This document shows, in pieces, positions 18,615-28,535 of a stretch of 54,126 nucleotides of DNA; positions within the stretch are counted from its first letter, which is position 1; each line of letters begins with the position of its first letter. Under the pieces are notes generated by a model, which ran no database searches, was not told the DNA's origin, and saw only the letters and a list, made by a program, of their open reading frames with translations. Source of the DNA: Candidatus Angelobacter sp. (lineage in GTDB: Bacteria; Acidobacteriota; Terriglobia; Terriglobales; Acidobacteriaceae); assembly GCA_035762225.1 (NCBI GenBank), contig DASTPO010000446.1, forward strand, positions 1 to 54,126, given 5' to 3'. A program made the translations under genes and the position numbers.

Positions 18615-21600
18615 TCACTTCTGCGGCGTTGGCGTCGGGCTGGGTTGGTTCCTCTTCTTGTTCAAAACCTGGTTCAGCACATCGCCGAGATTTGGCGCCG
18701 GCGTCGGCGTACCCTGAGGCTGCTGGCCCTGGTTGTTGCCAACTCCCGCGGGCGGCTGTTGCTGCTGGTTCTGTTGCTGCCGGCCGCTCAGCGCTCCCAA
18801 GATGCCTCCGATGCCGCCATTCGGCTGGCCTCCGGGTTGGCCGCTGCTTCCGCCGCCCTGGTTCTTATTGAGAATTGCACCCAGAATTCCAGTGGTCAGC
18901 TGGCCGGGATTGCCGCTGGTGGGAAGCAGGTTATGCAGCTTCATCTGCGCGATCTGCTGCACGTCCGGCGCGACCTGCGGATGCTGGAATGATCCGGTGA
19001 TGATCACCGGTACCACCAGTTCGCCCTGATTGTTGGCCAGCGCGGTGTTCATAAATCCGCCGACCTGCGTTCCACCTACCTGCGAACTGAGCGCCTTATT
19101 GAGTACCGCGGTTACATGCAGGTTGAGCGACTGGTCGGCCAGATTGATCAGGCCGGCCGCCGCCATGGTTCCTCCGTCAATCTGCGCTTTCAGGTTATTC
19201 GTCTGCGCCACGCCGTTTTTGACGTCGAAATTCCCAGTGAGCTGGACCAGGTCGGTAAAATTCTTCGCGGCGGCAAAATTGTTACCCAGAAATTTTCCTA
19301 CAGACGCCACTTCATGCAGCAGATCAAGATTCATCAGCTTGCCGTTGGTCAGGTTGATGGCCAGAGTGCCATTCAGGCTGCGCGCAATGTTGCTGGATGA
19401 CGAAGAACTGAATGATGCGTTCACATTTGACGCCAGCATGCCGTAGAGGGTTTGCTTCAGGTCAGACACCGATGAGACAAGCTTGTTCGCGTCCACCTTA
19501 TCGGTCTTGAGGTTCACCGCGTATACCGGCTGCGCAGGCCGCATATCGATGGTGATGGTGCCATTCTCTGAGCCGCCATAAATTTCTGACGTAACCGGGT
19601 TCATCTTGATCAGGCCATGGTCCAGCGTCACGTTGGCATGCGTGTTGTTCAGCAGCAGATCGTCATACTGAATCGATCCCACCGTAATCGTGCCGCCGCC
19701 GGTCATTTTGGTCAGCAGGCTCGGCTCCGCCTTGGCCGAAGGCTGCTGCGCCGCGGCGCTGGGCACAATCTGCCAGAAATCATGTTCAGCCGCAGCGCGC
19801 TTTGCCGGAGTCGCGGGCGTGGCGTTAAACATCTGCTGCAACTCGGTTACGTTGACCTTGTCCGCGTTCAAAGTGAACTGCACTTGCGGCGCTTCAAAAT
19901 TCTTTAACGTCAGAGTGCCGGTGGCGTTGGTCTGCCCCAGGCCGGCGGCCACGTTTTGCAGCGCGACAGAATTCTGGCTGAACGTGATATCGGAATTCCT
20001 GATCTGCACCGGCTTCGTCAACGACGGCATTTTCAGCGTGGCGTTGCTGATCTTTCCTGTACCGGCAAAGGTCAGCGCAGACATATTCTTGGTCGGCCCT
20101 TGTGCGCGAACGTCGAGCGTGAGCGCTCCGTCTCCCGACATGCCTTCCACGGCGGATACGCCGGCAGCTTTCGCGATGCTGATGATTTCGCCAATGCGGG
20201 CATTGGGTGCGCGTAGCGCGGCATTGATGCTGCTGTTGGGCGCGCTGTAGTTGGCCAGCGTAAAATTCACGTTCACGCTGGTGGATCCTGTAGTTGCGGC
20301 AAAATCATTGGAGCGAATGGAATCGGGCGTCAGCGTGAGCGCAATCTCATTCACCCGCACCGGCTGCGGCAGCTCCTTGCCGCTGATGTTCAGATTGCGG
20401 GCGGAGAGCTGGCCATTCATCGCCGGCTTGTCCATTGCGCCACGGGCCTGAATATCTGCGTTCACCGTTCCTTTTACGTCCATGTCCTTGCCGAAGGCGA
20501 CGCCAAACGCCGCGGCCAGCCGTGCCGCTTCCTCAATGGAAGCGTTCGCGGCAGTAAGTTTCAAATCGATCTGGGCCGGAGTTGGCTTGCTGTTGATGCT
20601 GCCGGCCACCGTGATTGGCGTCGCACCCAGTTTCAGGTCTCCCTTGTGAATCTGGATTACGTCGCTGGTCAGGTCGTCCGCCACGTCATAATCAAGAGCG
20701 ATGGGATACCCCACGTCCACGTTGTGAATGCGCGCGTTTTCCATCTTGATGGTGCCGCTCGATGCGAGCTTGCCCGCGGCATTCGTGACCTTGGCGTCGC
20801 CGGTGAGCGTGGCGTCAATGCCGTTGAGCGATTGCGAGTTCAAAAACTTCTGCGCCGCGTCAGTAGAAACCTGGTCAAGCCGCAGAGTGCCTTGGAACGG
20901 CGTGTTGATCAGGTCAGCCTGCTTGATCGGCCCGCCCTTGCCTTCCAGCCATACTGTCTGTTTTCCCGCTCCGGGAAGATGAGCGGTCAACTTCATGGAA
21001 AACTGCTGGTCGGGCGCGAAGTCATTTACGTTCAGGTCAATGTGGTCATAAACTGCGCGCGACTGATGTTTCTGCAAGTCAGTGATGGCCACCTGCCCGT
21101 CGCTGATGAACAGGTTTGCCAGCGTGAGCTGACCGGCAGGCTGTTTGCCTTCAGGGCCCGTGGTGGTGGTTGGAGTAGGAGCTTGTGCAGGCGAAGGTTT
21201 TTGCGCGGTGGTGGAATTCTTTCGCGGCGCCGGAACCGGTGTAGTTTGCGCCGGGGTTGGTTTTGGCTCTTGTCCCAGTGTGGCAAAGTTCCAGGTACCC
21301 TGGGCATCGCGCACCAGTTCAATGTGAGGACGGTCAAGCTCCAGTGATTTAACTTCCACATCTTTGTGCAGCAAAGGCCAGAACTTCACGCTGACGGCTA
21401 GTTTGTCAGCGGTGGCAAAAGGACGGTTGGTGGCGAAGCGCTGGTCTTCCGCAATGGTCGCGTTTGCCACTTCAAACGATGGCGGGAAAAGGCTTAAGCT
21501 CATGTCGCCTAGATCGACCTTGCGGCCAAGGTGCTTCTCCAACTGCGTCTGGATCTTTCCGTGATACTGATTGATATCGATCAGGTGCGGGACGATCAGC

Positions 21601-21656
21601 GCCGCGCCTACCAGCAGCACGACTATCACCAAAACCGCTATTCCGAGTTTGCGCAT
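18615..21656 (-). CDS. AsmA-family outer membrane biogenesis protein
   Basis: Start taken at ATG (MRKLGIAVLVIVVLLVGAALIVPHLIDINQY...), the typical AsmA N-terminal anchor. Long beta-rich body and a Q/G/P-rich low-complexity tail. Confidence 0.8.
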   Translation of the reverse strand: MRKLGIAVLVIVVLLVGAALIVPHLIDINQYHGKIQTQLEKHLGRKVDLGDMSLSLFPPSFEVANATIAEDQRFATNRPFATADKLAVSVKFWPLLHKDVEVKSLELDRPHIELVRDAQGTWNFATLGQEPKPTPAQTTPVPAPRKNSTTAQKPSPAQAPTPTTTTGPEGKQPAGQLTLANLFISDGQVAITDLQKHQSRAVYDHIDLNVNDFAPDQQFSMKLTAHLPGAGKQTVWLEGKGGPIKQADLINTPFQGTLRLDQVSTDAAQKFLNSQSLNGIDATLTGDAKVTNAAGKLASSGTIKMENARIHNVDVGYPIALDYDVADDLTSDVIQIHKGDLKLGATPITVAGSINSKPTPAQIDLKLTAANASIEEAARLAAAFGVAFGKDMDVKGTVNADIQARGAMDKPAMNGQLSARNLNISGKELPQPVRVNEIALTLTPDSIRSNDFAATTGSTSVNVNFTLANYSAPNSSINAALRAPNARIGEIISIAKAAGVSAVEGMSGDGALTLDVRAQGPTKNMSALTFAGTGKISNATLKMPSLTKPVQIRNSDITFSQNSVALQNVAAGLGQTNATGTLTLKNFEAPQVQFTLNADKVNVTELQQMFNATPATPAKRAAAEHDFWQIVPSAAAQQPSAKAEPSLLTKMTGGGTITVGSIQYDDLLLNNTHANVTLDHGLIKMNPVTSEIYGGSENGTITIDMRPAQPVYAVNLKTDKVDANKLVSSVSDLKQTLYGMLASNVNASFSSSSSSNIARSLNGTLAINLTNGKLMNLDLLHEVASVGKFLGNNFAAAKNFTDLVQLTGNFDVKNGVAQTNNLKAQIDGGTMAAAGLINLADQSLNLHVTAVLNKALSSQVGGTQVGGFMNTALANNQGELVVPVIITGSFQHPQVAPDVQQIAQMKLHNLLPTSGNPGQLTTGILGAILNKNQGGGSSGQPGGQPNGGIGGILGALSGRQQQNQQQQPPAGVGNNQGQQPQGTPTPAPNLGDVLNQVLNKKRNQPSPTPTPQK

Positions 21657-21848
21657 ACTTTTCCCGCTTTCCACCGCACCGTTTCGCTCCTGGCGGCAGT
21701 TTGGATTTTAGAGCAGAGCGTTTCTTAATAAATAGGAAGCCGTTGTAAGGGCTTCGGTTGTAAACCGGCGGGCAACGTTGACGAGCGCCCGATTTCCCTG
21801 CTAAACTCAACGTTTCATTGCCACTTACCCCACCAAGAAGGTTTCCAA

Positions 21849-22556
21849 GTGCCAGGTTACAGCCGTCGTCAGTTAAAGGAAGATAAGTTTGCCGAAACCG
21901 CCCAGGGCGCTGCCCTTTGGGCTTCAGGCCATCGGCGAACCGTGATTTGGGCGGCCGGCCTGATCATCGTCATTGCAGTGGCCGTTGCTGGTTTCGTGAC
22001 CTGGCGCAGCCGCCAAATTGACCAGGCCAATCTGGAGCTTACAGCTGCCATGCGCACCTTTGGAGCTCCCTTGCGCCCGGCCGGAACGCCTGCGGGCGAT
22101 ACTCCAAGCTTCACCAGCATCTCGGAGCGGGCTCGCGCCGCTGAAAAAGAGTTTAAGGCGATCGCCGACAAGCATTCCTCGGTTACGCCCGGAAAAATTG
22201 CCCGCTACCTTGACGGAGTAGCTTTGAGACAAGCCGGTGACAACTCGGCTGCGGAGCAGGTACTCAAGACTTGCACTGATTTCAGTGACAAAGATGTTGC
22301 CGCCCTGGCCAAGATGGCTCTTGCTTCCATCTATCGTTCAAGCAACCGCGAGAGCGAGGCGGCCAGCCTGTACAAGGACATAGCTCAGCACCCCACTTCT
22401 ACAGTCTCCAAGGCGGCAGCACAATTAGAGCTTGCTGACATGTACGAGAAGAACGATCCCCAGCAGGCCACCAGCATCTACCAGCAGGTGCAAAAAGATG
22501 ATCCCCAATCTGCGGCCGCACAGGTGGCTGCGCAGAAGCTGGCTGGGAAGAAATAG
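21849..22556 (+). CDS. Membrane-anchored tetratricopeptide-repeat protein (YfgM-like topology)
   Basis: GTG start, an N-terminal cytoplasmic stretch, a single TM (VIWAAGLIIVIAVAVAGFVTW), then TPR-like helical repeats. Confidence 0.6.
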   Translation: MPGYSRRQLKEDKFAETAQGAALWASGHRRTVIWAAGLIIVIAVAVAGFVTWRSRQIDQANLELTAAMRTFGAPLRPAGTPAGDTPSFTSISERARAAEKEFKAIADKHSSVTPGKIARYLDGVALRQAGDNSAAEQVLKTCTDFSDKDVAALAKMALASIYRSSNRESEAASLYKDIAQHPTSTVSKAAAQLELADMYEKNDPQQATSIYQQVQKDDPQSAAAQVAAQKLAGKK

Positions 22557-22711
22557 TAGTTCTCTGGCGCGTCATCCAACTCTCTTCCGCGCACTTTCTG
22601 GCGTCGGCGCCAATGCAGCTCTGGTGCGGCAACCTTCGCTGAGATTCCGCATCTTTTCTTACTGGTGACGGACAGACCGTCCTGTTGCCAAAATCGAGAG
22701 GAGCTATAAAA

Positions 22712-22957
22712 ATGAAATCTTTTTTGGCAGGATTGGGAATCGGCGTTGGCCTTGGAATCCTTTTTGCGCCCGTAAGCGGCGAGGAAACACGCAACAATCT
22801 TTCGCAGCGCGCCGGTGATCTGGCTGACTCCGCGAAGGACCTGGTTGACCAGGGGCGTGACCGCGTACGTACCACGGTTTCCGCGATTCGCGGGCAGGCA
22901 GAACGCTTTGCCAGCGGCGTGCAGGAAGCCACTGGAACTGAGACCCGCAACCTCTAA
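22712..22957 (+). CDS. YtxH-domain protein
   Basis: ATG at 22712 preceded by GAGAGGAG. MKSFLAGLGIGVGLGILFAPVSGEETR is the YtxH signature, followed by a helical tail. Confidence 0.7.
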   Translation: MKSFLAGLGIGVGLGILFAPVSGEETRNNLSQRAGDLADSAKDLVDQGRDRVRTTVSAIRGQAERFASGVQEATGTETRNL

Positions 22958-23114
22958 TCCAAATTCATTTTCAGCTAAATGCGTGAGGCGGGCGGCGGAG
23001 CGATTCCGCCGCTGCCCGAGCGCTCTCATCCTTGACACTCTCTCGCCCACGCCTTTATCCTTAAGACTGCCGCAGCGTTCCCCCTTCATAGTTCTAAATT
23101 CCGGAGCGCCCCGT

Positions 23115-23666
23115 ATGTTTATAAAAATAAAGGATCTTGAGCTCCGGAAATTGGAATTCGATGAAGCTTTCGCGCCCGGCGCGATTGCTTTTGGGGAAGA
23201 CTATGTGCAGACAGCTCCATTGCTCGCCAGAGGCCGCGCGGAACTGATTCGCGAGAACCGCGGGGGCCGCAACATCGTGGAAGACATCCGGATTGTCGGA
23301 AATTTTTCCACCCAGGTAGATAATCCCTGTGCTCGCTGTCTTGAACCAGTGCACAATGCGATTGCCGAGGAATTTGACCTGCTTTACCGTCCCTTGGGCG
23401 TTGACGCCAGGGGCGATGAGGTGGCCATTAGCGAAGCGGAGACGGAAATTGGTTATTATCAAGGTGAAGGGCTGCTGCTGGAAGACGTGCTGAAAGAGCA
23501 GATATTGCTCGCCCTTCCTGTAAAGCAGCTCTGCCGTACTGACTGCAAAGGGTTCTGCCCGCAATGCGGGAAAAACCTCAATGTGGAAAGTTGTGATTGC
23601 GTCACGACCATGCCCGATCCGCGCTGGTCGGCGCTGGAAGATATTCGCAAGAAACTGGAACGATAG
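23115..23666 (+). CDS. yceD: YceD/DUF177 family protein (large-subunit rRNA accumulation protein)
   Basis: ATG at 23115 in frame with the listed 22815 ORF. It has the C-terminal CxxDCKGFCPxCGxNLN zinc-ribbon-like motif and the conserved position immediately upstream of rpmF. Confidence 0.8.
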   Translation: MFIKIKDLELRKLEFDEAFAPGAIAFGEDYVQTAPLLARGRAELIRENRGGRNIVEDIRIVGNFSTQVDNPCARCLEPVHNAIAEEFDLLYRPLGVDARGDEVAISEAETEIGYYQGEGLLLEDVLKEQILLALPVKQLCRTDCKGFCPQCGKNLNVESCDCVTTMPDPRWSALEDIRKKLER

Positions 23667-23712
23667 AAAATAGCGCGCTGTGCCTGTGCCGGCGCCGGAG
23701 AAAGGGAACTCA

Positions 23713-23898
23713 ATGCCAAATCCAAAACGGCGGCACTCGAAAGCACGCACCTCGAGTCGTCGCGCCCATGACTTCCTCACCGCGCACTCTGCTTCAGAGT
23801 GCCCCAACTGCCATGAGAAAAAGATGCCGCATCGTGTCTGTCCCAAGTGCGGATACTACAAAGGCCGTGAAGTAGTTGAAGTAAAAGAAACCAGCTAA
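23713..23898 (+). CDS. rpmF: 50S ribosomal protein L32
   Basis: MPNPKRRHSKARTSSRRAH ... CPNCHEKKMPHRVCPKCGYYKGREV, starting at Met12 of the listed ORF. Confidence 0.92.
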   Translation: MPNPKRRHSKARTSSRRAHDFLTAHSASECPNCHEKKMPHRVCPKCGYYKGREVVEVKETS

Positions 23899-23910
23899 GA
23901 GCAGGCCTCA

Positions 23911-24939
23911 TTGGAAACCGTCATCGCTGTAGATGCAATGGGCTCAGACCGGCATCCTCGGCCCGAAATTGAAGGGGCCCTGCTGGCCGTTCGCAATTAC
24001 GGGATTCGCGTAATCCTGGTAGGTCCTGAAGCCAGGCTGCGCCAGGAACTAGCAGTTCATCCTACCGCCCGTAACCTGGCCATTGACGTCGTAAACGCGA
24101 CCCAGGTCATCGAGATGGAAGAAAAGGCCGTGCAGGCGGTGCGCACCAAGCGCGACTCCAGCATGCACGTTGGCCTGCGTCTGGTAAAAGAGAAGCGTGC
24201 GGTTGGTTTTGTCACTGCCGGCAACACCGGAGCGGCCATGGCCGCGGCCAAGATGGTGCTGGGCTCTCTGGCGGCTGTTGACCGTCCCGCGCTCGCCAAT
24301 GTGTTTCCCACCTCCGCGGGAAAGACCAAACCGTCAATCCTGATCGATGTTGGGGCCAACGTTGATTCCAAGCCGCATAACCTGGCCCAGTTCGCGCTGA
24401 TGGGAGCGAGGTATTACAGCGCCATCTTCAAGAATTCCCGGCCTACCGTCGGCATCCTCTCCATCGGGGAAGAAGAAGGCAAAGGCAACGACCTGACCCG
24501 CAAGGCCCACGCCTTGATCAAGGAACTGCCGCTGAACTTCGTCGGCAACGTTGAAGGCCGCGATCTTTACTCGGGCAAGGTGGATGTAATTGTCTGCGAC
24601 GGATTCGTTGGAAACGTCGCGCTGAAGATTTCTGAAGGCCTGGTGGAGGCGGTGCGCTTCCTGCTCAAAGAATCTCTTACCTCGACCATCACCTCGCAGG
24701 TCGGAGCCCTGCTGGCGCGCAAAGCCTTCACCAACTTCGGCCGCAAGCTGGACTATGCTGAGTACGGCGGAGCGCCACTGCTCGGACTGAAAGGAGTGGC
24801 CATTGTCGGCCACGGACGCTCCAACGCCAATGCCATCAAGAACGCCATCCGTGTGGCCAAAGAATTTTACGAATCTGGCATCAACACCCACATAGCCAAA
24901 GAATTGGGCAGCGCCCGCGAGGCGGAAGAGACCGCATGA
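23911..24939 (+). CDS. plsX: Phosphate acyltransferase PlsX
   Basis: IAVDAMGSD, GNTGA, VCDGFVGNV and GHG.SN motifs, positioned after rpmF. Confidence 0.9.
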   Translation: METVIAVDAMGSDRHPRPEIEGALLAVRNYGIRVILVGPEARLRQELAVHPTARNLAIDVVNATQVIEMEEKAVQAVRTKRDSSMHVGLRLVKEKRAVGFVTAGNTGAAMAAAKMVLGSLAAVDRPALANVFPTSAGKTKPSILIDVGANVDSKPHNLAQFALMGARYYSAIFKNSRPTVGILSIGEEEGKGNDLTRKAHALIKELPLNFVGNVEGRDLYSGKVDVIVCDGFVGNVALKISEGLVEAVRFLLKESLTSTITSQVGALLARKAFTNFGRKLDYAEYGGAPLLGLKGVAIVGHGRSNANAIKNAIRVAKEFYESGINTHIAKELGSAREAEETA

Positions 24940-25889
24940 GCCACGGCAAAATCGCATTTCTTTTCCCCGGACAGGGATCGCAGGCAGCCGGCATGGGCAA
25001 GGAACTTGCCGCTCTTTATCCCGTTGCACGCCACACTTTTCAGGAGGCTGACGACGCACTGGGCTTCGCGATTTCCAAACTATGCTTTGAAGGTCCAGAC
25101 GACCAGCTCAAGCTTACGGAGAATACCCAGCCCGCAATCCTGACCATGAGCACTGCGGTGGCGCGTGTGCTCCAGGAGAAGGGAATTGTTCCGCAGTTTG
25201 CCGCCGGTCACAGCCTGGGCGAGTATTCAGCCCACGTGGCCGCGGGCACTGTTCCCTTTGCTGAAGCGGTGCGTACCGTGCGCAACCGCGGGCGTTATAT
25301 GCAGGAAGCGGTGCCGGCCGGCGAAGGTGGAATGGCGGCCATCCTGGGCATGTCGCTGGACCAGTTGCAGCAGGTTTGCACTGAAGCGGCGCAAGGCCAG
25401 GTGGTCTCTCCGGCCAACATCAATTCACCAGGACAGATCGTAATCTCCGGCAACCAGAAGGCGGTGGAGCGCGCAGCCGAACTGGCCAAATCGCGCGGCG
25501 CCAAGCGCGCCGTCATGCTGGAAGTGAGTGCGCCTTTCCATTGCTCGCTCATGCAGCCGGCGCAGGACCGTCTGGAGACGGATCTGCAGGCGCTGCATTT
25601 CGCCAACCCCGAGCTCCCGGTTATCAGCAACGTTGACGCCACCGCCAAGACTACAGGCGAAGGTTCACGCCAGGCGCTGGTGCGCCAGGTGACGGCTGCG
25701 GTGCAATGGGAAAAATGCATGCAGACCCTGATTGGTCTCGGCGTCTCAACCTTCATCGAGGTGGGGCCGGGCAAGGTGCTCACGGGCTTGATGCGCCAGA
25801 TTGATCGCGCCCAGACCTGTCTGAACGCTGAAGACGAAGCTTCTGTTCAGAAGGTGAGCAATCTTTTCGCGGCTGCGGCAAAAGAGTAG
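24936..25889 (+). CDS. fabD: Malonyl-CoA:ACP transacylase
   Basis: FLFPGQGSQ, active-site GHSLGEYSA, and SAPFHCSLMQPA. There is an ATGA overlap with plsX. Confidence 0.92.
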   Translation: MSHGKIAFLFPGQGSQAAGMGKELAALYPVARHTFQEADDALGFAISKLCFEGPDDQLKLTENTQPAILTMSTAVARVLQEKGIVPQFAAGHSLGEYSAHVAAGTVPFAEAVRTVRNRGRYMQEAVPAGEGGMAAILGMSLDQLQQVCTEAAQGQVVSPANINSPGQIVISGNQKAVERAAELAKSRGAKRAVMLEVSAPFHCSLMQPAQDRLETDLQALHFANPELPVISNVDATAKTTGEGSRQALVRQVTAAVQWEKCMQTLIGLGVSTFIEVGPGKVLTGLMRQIDRAQTCLNAEDEASVQKVSNLFAAAAKE

Positions 25890-25903
25890 AATCCCGCTTG
25901 CTA

Positions 25904-26395
25904 CTACTGCCCGTGGCAAAGGACTTTCCCAACGGGCGAATCGCTGATCGACCTGGTCTTGTTCTCCACCCACATGGACCTGGGTTCCGCGCGGTTATTG
26001 ATGGTGACCACCACCACCGCCCCGCTGGGAGGAACAAAATTTCTTTTCGGCGGCGTCAGCGCGCAATCCACATGATGGCTGGTAATGGTGCCGTATTCGC
26101 CTTGCGGTCCCCAGTCGAGGACGAACTGGTTGAGGGTATAGCCGGGGTACTTCTCCGGATGCTGCTTCCAGTCCGGATCGCCCTGATAGATGCCGTAAGC
26201 GGCGTCATAATTCTTTTGCTCCAGTGCCTGGAAGAAATTGTTGATCACCCTGATCTGCGTGCTGTGGCGCGTCAGGTAGAGATAAACCGCGACCGCTACC
26301 GCGATGAGAACCACGGTCGCGATGAGCCGGTTGCGGCGCTGCGCCGGCCGGGGATCGTATTCTTTTGCATCCAACAGTGCCATAGAGATCCTCAA
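25904..26395 (-). CDS. Hypothetical membrane-anchored protein, last gene of the ABC export operon
   Basis: 163 aa with a single N-terminal TM (LIATVVLIAVAVAVYLYL). It overlaps the upstream ABC-2 permease by 4 nt. No recognisable domain. Confidence 0.5.
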   Translation of the reverse strand: MRISMALLDAKEYDPRPAQRRNRLIATVVLIAVAVAVYLYLTRHSTQIRVINNFFQALEQKNYDAAYGIYQGDPDWKQHPEKYPGYTLNQFVLDWGPQGEYGTITSHHVDCALTPPKRNFVPPSGAVVVVTINNRAEPRSMWVENKTRSISDSPVGKVLCHGQ

Positions 26396-27537
26396 AGAGT
26401 GCGTTTGAACAACAGCGTCGATAGTACGAACGCCACCGCCGCGAACCCACCAAGATACAGCAGGTCAGGCCAGATTGCAGCCAGGCCCACCCCCTTGAGC
26501 AGCACCGCCTTGAACCCATGCACGGAATAAGTGAACGGGTCCACCCAGGCGATCCATTGCAGCCATTTGGGAAAAGCCTGTATGGGATAAATGGCGCCGC
26601 TGGGAAAATACAACAGCGTGTTCAGGATGCCGAAGATCGCCCGCGGGATCAAGGGATCGTTCACCCGGACCATCATCACAAACATCATGGAGATAAAAGC
26701 GAAGGACGTGGCCGCGATCAGCAGCAGCAGCCAGAAGAGATTGGCTGGCTGAAACGTGGAGCCCACGCCGGCGATCAGCGATCCAATGATGGTAAGCACA
26801 ATGCCCGCGCCCATGGCTTTGAACGCCCCCGCCACGTTCAGGCCCGCTACCAGTTCGAGCTTCGTGATTGGCGTTACCAGGTAGCCTTCATGAACGCCGC
26901 GCGCTTTGTCGTCGATATACACAATACCGCCGCCGATCATCACGCTCACGAACATGGCGAGAGTGATCGATCCCGGCAGCAGGTATTTCATGTATTCGAT
27001 GTAGGGATAAAGCTCCACTACCTGCAAAGCCGTCTGCTGTACCACCCGAGGCTGTACGTCAGGCTGGTTGAGCGCCTCCACCAGTTGCGTCAACTCATCT
27101 TCAAAGGTGGAGGTCATGAAATTATCGGTGTTGTCCAGGACCAGGCCGATATGCGGCCGCGCATGCTCATAGACGTCGCGCGAGAACTGCGGCGGTATCA
27201 CCAGGCCGGCGTTCAAGTCGCCTTTGCGCACCGCGTCCACCATCTCTTTTTCGTCGGTGTACGTGATGGGCGCAAAGGTTCGGGCGTTGCTTTGCACCGC
27301 GCGCAGCGCCTCAATCACGCGGATGGCCTGGGGGCCGGTGTCATGGCTGACGATCCCAATCTTGGCGTCGCGGATCTTGCCGCCGAAAGCGTTGCCCAGC
27401 ACGATCAGCTGGACCAGGGGGAAGACCATGGCGGCCATCATCAGCGCGGGTGAGCGGAAAAATTTCCGCAGGTCGCGCTCCACAATGGCCATCATGCGTC
27501 CGCTCTGGAAGAAGCTGCGCATGGTTACTTGCCCCAC
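26392..27537 (-). CDS. ABC-2 type transporter permease
   Basis: 381 aa. N-terminal TM, a large extracytoplasmic loop, then 5 C-terminal TMs, which is the typical ABC-2/YhhJ-like topology. Confidence 0.8.
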   Translation of the reverse strand: MGQVTMRSFFQSGRMMAIVERDLRKFFRSPALMMAAMVFPLVQLIVLGNAFGGKIRDAKIGIVSHDTGPQAIRVIEALRAVQSNARTFAPITYTDEKEMVDAVRKGDLNAGLVIPPQFSRDVYEHARPHIGLVLDNTDNFMTSTFEDELTQLVEALNQPDVQPRVVQQTALQVVELYPYIEYMKYLLPGSITLAMFVSVMIGGGIVYIDDKARGVHEGYLVTPITKLELVAGLNVAGAFKAMGAGIVLTIIGSLIAGVGSTFQPANLFWLLLLIAATSFAFISMMFVMMVRVNDPLIPRAIFGILNTLLYFPSGAIYPIQAFPKWLQWIAWVDPFTYSVHGFKAVLLKGVGLAAIWPDLLYLGGFAAVAFVLSTLLFKRTL

Positions 27538-28535
27538 GCCACGGGAGACTGGTACAGCGGAGAATCCACCATCTGGTCGCGCAGCTGGCGCCCGGTGTAG
27601 TGAACAAACACGTCATCCAGCGTGGTGCTTTGCACGGTAAGCGTCTTCACCACCACGTTCGAGCGGACTGCCGTTTCAACCAGGTCGGTGGTGGTTTTCG
27701 ACCCATCGTCGGTCAGCAGGCGATACATGTCCGCGCCCTCCGGCTGTACGGATTGAACGGCGGTAAGTTTTTCCAGCGTCCGCTGCCAGTCAGACGGCGG
27801 GTGCAGAAACTGGGCTTCAATCACGCTCGATCCCGGAATGCTGGACTTGAGAGCGCGCGGTGAATCCAGCGCCACCAGCTTTCCGTGGTCGACAATGGCA
27901 ATGCGGTCGCACAGGCGATCGGCTTCATCCATATAGTGGGTGGTGATCAGCACGGTAAGGTTTCGTTGCTGTTTGATATTGGTGATCATCTCCCAAACGG
28001 CCACGCGCGAGACCGGATCAAGCCCGGTTGTAGGTTCATCGAGAAAAAAAATCTTTGGCCGATGGACCAGGCCGCGCGCGATCTCCAGCCTGCGCCGCAT
28101 GCCGCCGGAAAGATTTCTCGCCGGCGCATCCCGCCACTGGTTAAGGTCAACCAGCGCCAGCAGTTCGTCGATGGATTTTTCGCGATCGGCTGCGGCAATT
28201 CCGTAAAGTTTGGAGTAAATGCTCAGGTTTTCCCACACTGTAAGATCGCCGTCACTGGTCATGGCCTGGGGAATCACGCCAATGTTGCGCCGCGCCCGGT
28301 TCGGGTCAGTTCGCACATCCGAGCCTTCAATCAGCGCGGTGCCGGCGGTAATTTCCAGCAGCGTGGTCATCATCCGGATCAGCGTTGATTTGCCAGCGCC
28401 ATTGGGTCCCAGCAAGCCGAAAACTTCGCCTTCCGCCACGTCGAAAGAGACACCATCCACGGCGGTGAAGTTCCCATAGCGCTTCACAATGTCGATTACC
28501 TGGATAGCTTTGGGCGGCGCGGCAACTTCACTCAC
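27525..28535 (-). CDS. ABC transporter ATP-binding protein
   Basis: Start set at a GTG that overlaps the HlyD stop (GTGA). Walker A GPNGAGKST, signature LSGGMRRRL and Walker B IFFLDEPTTGLD are present. The upstream 89 codons of the listed ORF run through the HlyD gene and are unlikely to be coding. Confidence 0.85.
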   Translation of the reverse strand: MSEVAAPPKAIQVIDIVKRYGNFTAVDGVSFDVAEGEVFGLLGPNGAGKSTLIRMMTTLLEITAGTALIEGSDVRTDPNRARRNIGVIPQAMTSDGDLTVWENLSIYSKLYGIAAADREKSIDELLALVDLNQWRDAPARNLSGGMRRRLEIARGLVHRPKIFFLDEPTTGLDPVSRVAVWEMITNIKQQRNLTVLITTHYMDEADRLCDRIAIVDHGKLVALDSPRALKSSIPGSSVIEAQFLHPPSDWQRTLEKLTAVQSVQPEGADMYRLLTDDGSKTTTDLVETAVRSNVVVKTLTVQSTTLDDVFVHYTGRQLRDQMVDSPLYQSPVAWGK

